Source: Alistipes sp.
GTDB lineage: Bacteria > Bacteroidota > Bacteroidia > Bacteroidales > Rikenellaceae
Assembly (NCBI GenBank): GCA_017935185.1
Contig: JAGBIC010000028.1
Span: forward strand, 4,438-68,437
DNA: 64,000 bases
Direction: 5' to 3'
Shown: one piece after another, positions 53,596 through 62,331 of the stretch
Position numbering within the stretch: the first letter of the stretch is position 1
Layout: each line of letters opens with the position of its first letter
The notes under the pieces: generated by a model
Told to the model about the DNA's origin: nothing
The model's input: the letters and a program-made list of their open reading frames with translations, nothing else
Database searches by the model: none
Program-made: the position numbers and the translations under genes

Positions 53596-55044
53596 TTACA
53601 TCTTGTAGAACTCCTCCCAACCCTTGCGAGGGGGTGTGTTTACCAACATAGCGTCGGCGAAGCGGTCGTTTACGATACGCTTGGTCTCGCGATCGAATAC
53701 GATCTTGCGGTTGAGGCGCTGAGCCATAACACCAAGGCAGAATGTCTGGCAAAGAGGACCGAATACTGAGAAAGGTGAATGAGCCTTCTCCTCGCCCATA
53801 CATGCCAACAAGAAGTTCTCGTAGTGGTTTGAAGTGGGCTTCGGAACCTCGGGAAGCTTGCTTGCCATAGCCTTTGCCTTTGCTGCGGGGATAATCGAGG
53901 TTGTACCACCGTGAGAACCGCGCTTGAAGATCAACTCGTCAGAGTACATGATAGTACCGGGGTTCAAGCGAACTGAAGATGCAGATGCGGCACGACCACC
54001 GATTGTGGGAACGTCGCTACCCATCTTTGATTCACCGTATCCATCAGGAATCTGAGGATAGTTGCCAATACCGTCATACCATGTAATATCCATAGCAGGC
54101 ATATCGCCACGACGAGGGAACTTGAAGTTAAGAGTAGAAGCCATGGGGAAGAAGTATGCATTCCAGCCATCAAGCTTAACGGGCTCAACCTCGTAAGGCA
54201 GACCAAGGTTTAGGAACTCGTGGATGGTGTCGATGAGGTGTGCACCCCAGTCACCCAAAGCACCCATACCGAAGTCATACCAGCTACGCCAGTTTCCGGG
54301 GTGGTACTTGCCGTTGAACTCGTGGTACTGCTGTGTAGTGTGCCACAAATCCCAATCCAGACCCTCGGGGATAGGCTCTGCGTCGGGGAAACGAGAAATG
54401 TTAACATCGTAACCATGCCAACGACGTGCGCTATTCATGTGAGCGTCAACGTGTGTAACGTTCTTGATGATACCAGCCTCGGTCCAAGCCTTGAACTGAT
54501 AGTAGTTACCATCTGAGTGACCCTGGTTACCACCCTGTGTTACGAGCTGAGGATTACGCGCAGCAGCGTCCATCATCAACTGGCACTCGTAGAATGTACG
54601 GCCCATAGGCTTCTCAACATATACGTGCTTGCCCTGGTTCAAAGCCAACATTACGCAGGGGAAGTGTGAGAAGTCGGGAGTCTCAACAACAACAGCCTCG
54701 AACTGGTTGCCCATCTCGTCGAACATCTTGCGGAAGTCGGTGTAAACCTTTGCATTGGGATGCTCTGAAATTGACTTCTGGCTCTCCTTTGACTTAAGGT
54801 CAACGTCGCACAATGCAACGATGTTACACAAACCTGTCTTAACGAACTCGTTAAGTACCTGACGACCACGGTTAGCGATACCGATCCAAGCTACGTTAAC
54901 CTTGCCCAACTTGGCAAAACGAGCCTTCTTGTCCTCCTGAGGTGTGAAAAGGTTAGCACCATTAGCCATGCCACCCATCATGATTCCTGCAGCAGCCAAA
55001 CCTGAGTGCTTCAAGAAATCTCCACGTGAAATTTTACTGCTCAT
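53596..55044 (-). CDS. Gfo/Idh/MocA oxidoreductase with a Tat-like signal
   Basis: SRGDFLK leader, TPDFSH, YVEKP and GALGDWGAH motifs. Confidence 0.92.
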   Translation of the reverse strand: MSSKISRGDFLKHSGLAAAGIMMGGMANGANLFTPQEDKKARFAKLGKVNVAWIGIANRGRQVLNEFVKTGLCNIVALCDVDLKSKESQKSISEHPNAKVYTDFRKMFDEMGNQFEAVVVETPDFSHFPCVMLALNQGKHVYVEKPMGRTFYECQLMMDAAARNPQLVTQGGNQGHSDGNYYQFKAWTEAGIIKNVTHVDAHMNSARRWHGYDVNISRFPDAEPIPEGLDWDLWHTTQQYHEFNGKYHPGNWRSWYDFGMGALGDWGAHLIDTIHEFLNLGLPYEVEPVKLDGWNAYFFPMASTLNFKFPRRGDMPAMDITWYDGIGNYPQIPDGYGESKMGSDVPTIGGRAASASSVRLNPGTIMYSDELIFKRGSHGGTTSIIPAAKAKAMASKLPEVPKPTSNHYENFLLACMGEEKAHSPFSVFGPLCQTFCLGVMAQRLNRKIVFDRETKRIVNDRFADAMLVNTPPRKGWEEFYKM

Positions 55045-55300
55045 AAGTTTTTGGTTTAAGTTTAGTTTATATTAGGATTCCTTATAAGTCCAAATGACGT
55101 TATAAAGTTAATCATAATTTTCAAATAAATAAGTGTTTTTACATTTTTTTTCTTCTTGTGGTTTAATTTTCTCGGTTTTGGCGGGCTTGATGAAAATTAT
55201 CAGTGGTAATAACAGCGGTGTTTTAGCATTTATAAATATAGGTGATAAAAAAAAATGTGAAAAATCAGGTACTTTGTTTTGCAAAGTATAAATTTTAATA

Positions 55301-55434
55301 TATATTTGCACTGTCAAACCCGAACAAACCGATATTACCGGAGCGATGGTGGTAGTCGAAATTTATGTGTGGTGTAGTTTTCTCGCTACTTATCGCGACT
55401 AATAGAATAAGGTCTCGGATGGCAAATTTTTTTT
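55301..55434 (+). promoter_or_regulatory. Promoter (TATATTTG) plus a putative structured 5' leader
   Basis: Nested complementary segments span 55312-55424 and are followed by a T8 run. Confidence 0.45.
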
Positions 55435-55479
55435 GAAACTCAACTATAATTAAATATACAACTATTACAATTTACAGTT

Positions 55480-57855
55480 ATGAAAAATCTTTATCAGCTA
55501 ATTTTGGCCTTTGTGATGGTCGTGGCGTTATCGGCCACGGCCTATGGCCGACAGAATGACTCTTTGAAGGGTCGCGTAGTTAATCAGAAAGGTGAGCCTG
55601 TCAGCTATGCCACTGTGGTGTTGATGAAGGGTGGTGACCAAGTTACGGGAACGACCACCGACGACAGTGGCTGCTTTTATGTCAATGTCAAGGCCGGCGA
55701 ATATCATTTATTGGTGGAGTTTGTTGGATATCAGGGCGTTGAACGCGATGTGAAGATTGCAGGCGTAACTGATTTGGGTGAAATAGTGCTCACGGAGTCG
55801 GCGACGGAAATCGATGAAGTGGTTGTCAAGGCTCAGATGATACGCCGTGAGGCTGACCGTTTTGTTGTAGATGTGGCCAACTCACCCTCGGCCATCGGCA
55901 AGAACGGTGAGGAGCTGTTGCGCCAGTCACCCGGTGTGTGGGTTAAGGATGATGGTATCTCTATCCTCGGTGCGGGCGGCACAAAGGTCTTTATCAACGA
56001 CCGCGAGATAAAGCTCTCGGGCGAGGATTTGGTTCGATACATCAAGAGTTTTCGTGCTGAAGATATTGCTAAAATTGAGGTGCTGCCCCAAACGGGTGCC
56101 GACCATGATGCCGATTCGAGTGGCGGAATCATCTATATCACGCTGCGTCGTCGCCTTGATAATGGCGTGATGGGTTCGGTTTCGATGCAGACTAATCAGG
56201 GAAAGTATATGAATATATACTCGCCTTCGGCTACGGTGAATGCACATCTGGGTCGCTTTGATGTGACGGCCGCCGGTTGGTATAACAATACGAATATGAC
56301 TGTAATTAGCAAAGAGAATACCATCTATCACGATTTGGCGGCCGAGATGAATGCCAACTCCGATCTTAAATATAAGGGTAATGACTATGGTGCAAATCTC
56401 TCGGCTGTTGCCGAGATAAATCCTCGCCAGAGCGTGGGCTTCTATGTGGGCTACGATGGTGACAAGTCGGACTCTCCCATAACCTCCGAGACTGTTTTTG
56501 CGCATGATGCGGGCGAGCGAATCAACAAGAGTGATTACCTGAATACCGACGTCCGCAAGCGTTTGTCTGCCACGCTAAACTACATATTCAAGAGTGACAG
56601 CCTCGGCTCGACGCTAAAGTTTATTGCCGACTATAATCAAAGTTCCCCTCGTGCCAATAACGACTATCACACATCAATCTCGGAGGGGGATTTTCGCTCT
56701 GATTCGCTCTATTTCGACCGTAGTAACTCCACCTTCCGTATTGCTACGGCGCAGTTGGCTCGCGAGCGTCACTTCTCGCCTCATTGGACATTGCGCTATG
56801 GTGCGAAATATACTTATAATGAGATAAATAGTGATGCAATATATCGCTATCAGAAGGGTGGTGCCTGGGTGCCTTCGACAGCTGCCGACTACAATATCCA
56901 CTATGCCGAGAATATCGGAGCGTTGTATGGTGTTGCTTCGATGCACTACGGCCGCTGGAGTGCTGTGGTGGGGTTGCGAGGTGAGTATACCTATACCAAC
57001 GGCAGGGAGACGGGCATAAACCAAAACTATCTCTCACTCTTCCCTAATGCCAACCTCTCGTATGCGCTCGACAAGCAGGGTAAACATTCGCTTGTCGCTC
57101 AATACTCTCGCACGATTGCGCGTCCGGGATTTTGGGCTCTGACACCTAACCGTTTGCCTATCTCGGACTACTCCTATCAGATGGGTAACCCGTTGCTCAA
57201 GCCTTCGTACAATGATAAACTCTCGCTGACAGCTGTGTTTGCCTATAAATATACCGTGACCTTCATGATGCAGATGACTAAAGATTATATTCAGCAGATG
57301 TTCGTGAGCGACGCGACCGACCCGCGCATAAAGTGTATGATGTCGCAGAATATGCCGCAAATGAATCAGTATGTGATAAATGTGAATATTCCGCTGACCC
57401 TCACCAAGTGGTGGGATTGGAATACCAACATAATGGGTGCAGCAGTAGAGCAGCGAATGACTACCTCAAGTCCTATCGAAACCAACTATTTGGCGCAGGC
57501 GAGTTCTATAATGACATTCAAGTTGCCCAAAAAGTTCTATGTGGATGTCGATTATTGGTGTATGAGTCGCACGAAGGTGGCGAACTTGGAGTTGGCGGCA
57601 CACCAGTCGGCCGGTATTGCCATTAAAAAACTGATAAAAGATGCGTGGACTTTGCAGTGTGCATTCCAGCAGATTCTGCCCCAGCGAAATCTTATTATCA
57701 CCCAGGATAAGGACTTTTGTCGTAAGATGAATCTTGTTGGGCAAGGTCAAAACTTCAATGTGAGATTGGCAGTGACCTATAAATTCCAGAGCGGTAAGGC
57801 TTTCCGTGCAAAGGGCGTTGAGAGTGGTGCTACCGAGGAGAAGACGAGAATGTAA
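55480..57855 (+). CDS. TonB-dependent receptor-like outer-membrane beta-barrel protein
   Basis: Signal peptide, CarboxypepD_reg-like N-domain, plug (LLRQSPGVWV) and GNPLLKP motif. Confidence 0.88.
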   Translation: MKNLYQLILAFVMVVALSATAYGRQNDSLKGRVVNQKGEPVSYATVVLMKGGDQVTGTTTDDSGCFYVNVKAGEYHLLVEFVGYQGVERDVKIAGVTDLGEIVLTESATEIDEVVVKAQMIRREADRFVVDVANSPSAIGKNGEELLRQSPGVWVKDDGISILGAGGTKVFINDREIKLSGEDLVRYIKSFRAEDIAKIEVLPQTGADHDADSSGGIIYITLRRRLDNGVMGSVSMQTNQGKYMNIYSPSATVNAHLGRFDVTAAGWYNNTNMTVISKENTIYHDLAAEMNANSDLKYKGNDYGANLSAVAEINPRQSVGFYVGYDGDKSDSPITSETVFAHDAGERINKSDYLNTDVRKRLSATLNYIFKSDSLGSTLKFIADYNQSSPRANNDYHTSISEGDFRSDSLYFDRSNSTFRIATAQLARERHFSPHWTLRYGAKYTYNEINSDAIYRYQKGGAWVPSTAADYNIHYAENIGALYGVASMHYGRWSAVVGLRGEYTYTNGRETGINQNYLSLFPNANLSYALDKQGKHSLVAQYSRTIARPGFWALTPNRLPISDYSYQMGNPLLKPSYNDKLSLTAVFAYKYTVTFMMQMTKDYIQQMFVSDATDPRIKCMMSQNMPQMNQYVINVNIPLTLTKWWDWNTNIMGAAVEQRMTTSSPIETNYLAQASSIMTFKLPKKFYVDVDYWCMSRTKVANLELAAHQSAGIAIKKLIKDAWTLQCAFQQILPQRNLIITQDKDFCRKMNLVGQGQNFNVRLAVTYKFQSGKAFRAKGVESGATEEKTRM

Positions 57856-57877
57856 GGTTTGCATGGTATGCAAGAAA

Positions 57878-57913
57878 AAAGATAAGATGTCGAAATCCCG
57901 ACATCTTATCTTT
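57878..57913. terminator. Bidirectional terminator
   Basis: AAAGATAAGATGTCG/CGACATCTTATCTTT stem. Confidence 0.82.
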
Positions 57914-57948
57914 AATTATATATAAGGTATAATGTTGGCTTTGCTATT

Positions 57949-60882
57949 TTAGAAGCGACCACCGCCGCCACCGAAGCCGCCGCCACCGCCGCGCATGCCG
58001 CCGCCCATACCACCAGGACCACCGCCCTGCATGCCGCCGCGCATACCACCGGGGCCTCCGGGAGGCATACCCTGGGGAGGACCTTGCTGGCGCATATTGC
58101 GATTCTCTACGCCGTTTTCACCGATAACCTTTCCGCTACGAGACTGTCCATAACGACGAAGGTTGTAAGTGAACTTGACACCGAAGAAGCGGCCGATAAC
58201 ACTGCTGGTAGAGTTCTGCATGTACTCTGCATTCCATGAACGGTTGAAGCCCTTGTTCTGGTTGAATACGTCGTTTGCGATAAGCTGTACCTCGCCAAGA
58301 CGCTTCAAGACCTTCATACCGATACCGAAGTTACAGATAAACTCGGTGTTGTTAAGATTCTTGCTGTTTTGACTCAAACCTACGTACTGGCTATAGTTGG
58401 CATTTGCATGTAAGGTAAGTCCAAAGCCAAATACCACGCGAACGTTACCAAATGCACGGTGCTGCATATACTCGTTGTTGCTGCTGGTCGACATGGTGTT
58501 GGTAACCTTGCTATATGTGGGGAAGTATGCCAAACGGAAGTCTACGTATTGGCTGAAGTTACTGCCGATAGCAATATTCCCACCGAGTGAATAGTTGCGT
58601 GAGTGGTTTACAACATCATTCAATATTGAAGGCGACTGATTCAATGAACCACGAGCACCGATATTGAAGTTACAGCCCATGAAATTCAAGGGGAAGCCGT
58701 AGTTGATACCTGCGTTCATGCCCCATGAGCCATCCTTATAGTTGATGGGCTTGCTAAAACGACCTGTGGGAGACAAGGTGGTGAGCAACTCGCCATCGGG
58801 AGAGTAGATCTCATAACCCGGCTGGTTCATGATAACCGAACGAATGATGTTGTTGCGGCTGATGTTACCTCCGAAATCAACAGAGAATGTAGTACCAGAC
58901 TGGATACCCGAGAATGTGTAGCCCAAATTGGCACGGTGACTGTATGAGGGACGCAAGTTAGGGTTACCTGCTGTGATATTGTTTACATTTGAGATATTTA
59001 CAACATCCTGCAGGTCGTTTACCGAGGGATTTGATGTAGACGAGTTAACACGCAGCATGATACGGTTTTGCATGTTGAGCTTAAAACGTGACATGAATGA
59101 GTAGGTCAGGTTTTTAAAAGTCTTCTCGGGTAGGACATAGACAGCAGGATAAGTACGGTCGCTGTTCATGGCGACGTGCTGGAAGTTTAGCTGACCGGAA
59201 ATAGATGTTCCTTCGCTACCATAACGGAATCCGGGGCCTACACGCTGTGTGAGGTAGTCGGTGTTGTAGCGATTCGAGTACTCGGGACTAATCATCTCCA
59301 TATACTCACCTGTCTCGAAGTCATAGAGGTTGGTCAAACGGTCTGCATTGGTTTTGCGATAGTTTACATTGTAACCAACGGTGAACTGTGCATTGTTGCC
59401 TATAGGCTCGGCGTAGGTGATACCGCCACGCAGGCTATAATTATAGTTGTCTGAAGTAGAATATTGCTGAATCGGATTGTCGATTGTTTTTTCTGAGTAG
59501 TTCTGGCCACGTGAGTCGTTGGTAGAGTAGTTTCCGTCGAAATTGAATTGCAATGTACGGCCCTGCTTTGCACCCAAACGCATCATATAGTTACCATTCA
59601 CACTGGCGTTAAGAGCGTTGCTGAAGTTCTCGCTCCAATTATTAAGCGTAATGTAATCGTTGCTGTTGATGGGGAAATAATCGCTTATAGAGTTGCTATT
59701 GCTCTCGCCATCATTAAACGAGAGCTGCGCGCGCAACATCAAACGATGTTTGGGATTGATGCGATACTCGATACGGGTATTGAAGTTGTGGTTGTATGAG
59801 ATATTCTGGCTGTAGCTGTCAGACATGTAGCGCTGATAGATATCCTTGCCTGAATTGATCTCCTCCTCGGTGAGGGAGTACTCGCGGTCGGTCCAGCTGT
59901 TGTGCTTGTTGTTGTTGGCGTTGAAGTTGTAGCTACCCTCAAGGCGGAATTTGTCATCCTTGCCCCAAGCGTTGATATAGTTAACACCTGCCATACCCAT
60001 CTTCGACTGCGCATTTCCATTCATGTTGTTGGCACGGAAACGAACGGTGGTCTTTGACTTCTCGCGGAAGAAGTTCACAGAGCCGTTTACGCTACCGTAG
60101 TGCTGGGTCTTGTCGTATGAGCGGGGCTCGAAAGCATATTGTGCATCCATCTTACCGAAGATGGCGGTCTTCATTTTATTGTGAGTAACAATATTGATAG
60201 CTTTGTAGCTGTTACCGTCGTCGATACCTGAAAACTCGGCCTCGTCGCTGAGTTTGTCAAATACCTCTACCGACTTAATCGCCTCGGCGGGCAATGTAGA
60301 GAGGGCGGTGGCAACGTCATTGCCGAAGAACTCGCGGCCGTCTACCAAGATCTTCTGCACAGCCTCGCCGTTAGCCTCTACCGAGCCACCGTTAACGGTA
60401 ATACCGGGCATTTTAGCCAACAACTCGTCAGCATCAGCGTCGGGAAGCACCTTGTAGGCTCCGGCGTTATATACAGTAGTATCACCATTGATGGTGGTAC
60501 GTACAGCTTGAGTCTTTACACTTACGGCCTCAATAGTATGCACATCCTCCTCGATATGCCATGCGGGGAGCTTGTTCTCTTTGCCGGCTTCAACTTTAAC
60601 GACCTGTGATGTGGTCTGATAACCCAGAGAAGAGGCTGTCAAGCGATACTCACCGGCGGTGAGAGACTTAAACTGGAAGGCTCCACGAATAGCGGTGGTG
60701 GTGTACTTCTGATTAAGTGTGTCGCGAAGTGGTGTAAGCTCGATAACGGCACCTACAACACCCTCTACCTCCTCTGCTCCATCGGGCTTGGTGACAAGTG
60801 TGCCGAGGATTGAGCCTTTTGATTGAGCCGCTGCGCTTGCGGCTGAAAGCAACATTAGTGAGATTAGAATAAATTTTCTCAT
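57949..60882 (-). CDS. Outer-membrane beta-barrel (TonB-dependent receptor-like) protein with a Gly-rich C-tail
   Basis: GDTTVYNA, LLAKMPG, VDGREFFG and GNPNLRPS motifs; GGPGGMGGG tail ending in Phe. Confidence 0.88.
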   Translation of the reverse strand: MRKFILISLMLLSAASAAAQSKGSILGTLVTKPDGAEEVEGVVGAVIELTPLRDTLNQKYTTTAIRGAFQFKSLTAGEYRLTASSLGYQTTSQVVKVEAGKENKLPAWHIEEDVHTIEAVSVKTQAVRTTINGDTTVYNAGAYKVLPDADADELLAKMPGITVNGGSVEANGEAVQKILVDGREFFGNDVATALSTLPAEAIKSVEVFDKLSDEAEFSGIDDGNSYKAINIVTHNKMKTAIFGKMDAQYAFEPRSYDKTQHYGSVNGSVNFFREKSKTTVRFRANNMNGNAQSKMGMAGVNYINAWGKDDKFRLEGSYNFNANNNKHNSWTDREYSLTEEEINSGKDIYQRYMSDSYSQNISYNHNFNTRIEYRINPKHRLMLRAQLSFNDGESNSNSISDYFPINSNDYITLNNWSENFSNALNASVNGNYMMRLGAKQGRTLQFNFDGNYSTNDSRGQNYSEKTIDNPIQQYSTSDNYNYSLRGGITYAEPIGNNAQFTVGYNVNYRKTNADRLTNLYDFETGEYMEMISPEYSNRYNTDYLTQRVGPGFRYGSEGTSISGQLNFQHVAMNSDRTYPAVYVLPEKTFKNLTYSFMSRFKLNMQNRIMLRVNSSTSNPSVNDLQDVVNISNVNNITAGNPNLRPSYSHRANLGYTFSGIQSGTTFSVDFGGNISRNNIIRSVIMNQPGYEIYSPDGELLTTLSPTGRFSKPINYKDGSWGMNAGINYGFPLNFMGCNFNIGARGSLNQSPSILNDVVNHSRNYSLGGNIAIGSNFSQYVDFRLAYFPTYSKVTNTMSTSSNNEYMQHRAFGNVRVVFGFGLTLHANANYSQYVGLSQNSKNLNNTEFICNFGIGMKVLKRLGEVQLIANDVFNQNKGFNRSWNAEYMQNSTSSVIGRFFGVKFTYNLRRYGQSRSGKVIGENGVENRNMRQQGPPQGMPPGGPGGMRGGMQGGGPGGMGGGMRGGGGGFGGGGGRF

Positions 60883-60914
60883 TATGTGTAAAATTTGTGG
60901 TTTTTAATTTGCAG

Positions 60915-61003
60915 CAAAAATAGTAAATATGCGCTTAAAATATATATATAGGTAGGTGAATCGCCCAAATGAGGGGGTCAATCGCCCACGATGGGGGTTG
61001 AAT
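60915..61003 (-). promoter_or_regulatory. Promoter with upstream ~21-bp-period direct repeats (LytTR-like operator)
   Basis: AATCGCCCA at 60959 and 60980; GGGGGT at 60973 and 60993; -7 element TATTTTTG at 60915-60922 (minus). Confidence 0.55.
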
Positions 61004-61020
61004 ATATGGGTGAATTACAT

Positions 61021-61053
61021 AAAAACCCCCGACAGGGATATGTCGGAGGTCTT
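61021..61053 (-). terminator. Terminator of the GNAT gene
   Basis: ACCCCCGACA/TGTCGGAGGT stem with an A-run on the plus strand. Confidence 0.65.
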
Positions 61054-61080
61054 ATATGTGCAATATCGCTACTTTAGAAT

Positions 61081-61533
61081 CTACTCTCTTACGGTCATTT
61101 TGTATGCATTGGTTCTGCGCAATTCAAACCCTGCGCTGCCGTAAAGTTTATTTGCTTCTATACGTTCGGGACGTGATGTCAGCATCAGAGCGCACGGGGA
61201 CATGCTGTTTTTGGCGTACTCTATGATATATTCAATCAATTTACGCCCGATACCTTTCCCGCGTTGTTCTTTTGCCACCACGACATCCTCGATCCATGCC
61301 TTTTTCCCCGTTGGGGTGGTATATGTGCCCAGCGTGGCCATGCCTACGGTGTTGCCATTGTGTTTTGCGACAAACAATATGGAGTTTTCACTGTCAATAA
61401 TCTCACAAAGATCTTTCACGGTAAGGCGAGTGTCGCGTCCGGTCAATTCAAAGATGAGTTGATTGGCGATTTGTATGTCAATGTCACCTTCTTGGCATGC
61501 AATGATTATCTCGATTTTGCTTTCTTCTGTCAT
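61081..61533 (-). CDS. GNAT-family N-acetyltransferase
   Basis: WIEDVVV..EQRGKGIG acetyl-CoA motif and ANKLY..AGF. Confidence 0.92.
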   Translation of the reverse strand: MTEESKIEIIIACQEGDIDIQIANQLIFELTGRDTRLTVKDLCEIIDSENSILFVAKHNGNTVGMATLGTYTTPTGKKAWIEDVVVAKEQRGKGIGRKLIEYIIEYAKNSMSPCALMLTSRPERIEANKLYGSAGFELRRTNAYKMTVRE

Positions 61534-62331
61534 TCTGCTTGGTTATATTTTGTTTTTCGCGGTAGAACTTCTCTGTCTGTTTGTATAGTCTCTCATTTAA
61601 TTGCTCGCAAAATTAGTGATTTTTTGTTATTTGTAGGGTTGTTTTTGAAAAATATAATAAAGCAGATGTACTGTTTTCTATTTTTCTGAAGAATTGGCCG
61701 TTTGATGGTATTTTGTTGTCTGTTTCAGGGGTGTCATCGTAAATATTAAGTGAAATTTATATACAATCTTTCGGGTAAAATGGGTCTTCTTGGAGTTTGT
61801 TGAGAATTTAAATATTGAAAATCAGACTTATAGCCGAAATGACAAGTCGTAAGTGTTAAATTTTTGTTAAAAAATAGAGATAAAATATTTTGCAAAAAAT
61901 TTGCTAGATAAAATTAAAAGTGTAATTTTGTATTATTAAATAAGAAGAAAGAGTAAAGTTACAACCCTTAATTTTAATTAAATTTTTAAGAAAGTGCCGG
62001 CCATCTTGCTAATATTGATGCGTGATGTGCGGGGTTTTGCATCTACAATAGTCTGATACTCAATGAGTAGTGACTGTGAAGCAAAAAAGCCTGTTTTGGA
62101 TGGGAGTTTTAGAGTCCTTCCTGCCTTTAGGGTGATTTTGACTAATACGCAATCCGCTGCCAAGTATGATGCAGAGCTAAAAAGAAGGCAAAGAAAATAA
62201 AAAAGACAAAGAAGAAACTGAATTACTAAGTTGCAGAATGAAATGTATTAGCGGTGTTTCCGTTACACATTATAATATAAAATAAAAAATAACCCATAAA
62301 ATCCTAATATTAACTTTTAAAACCGGAGATT

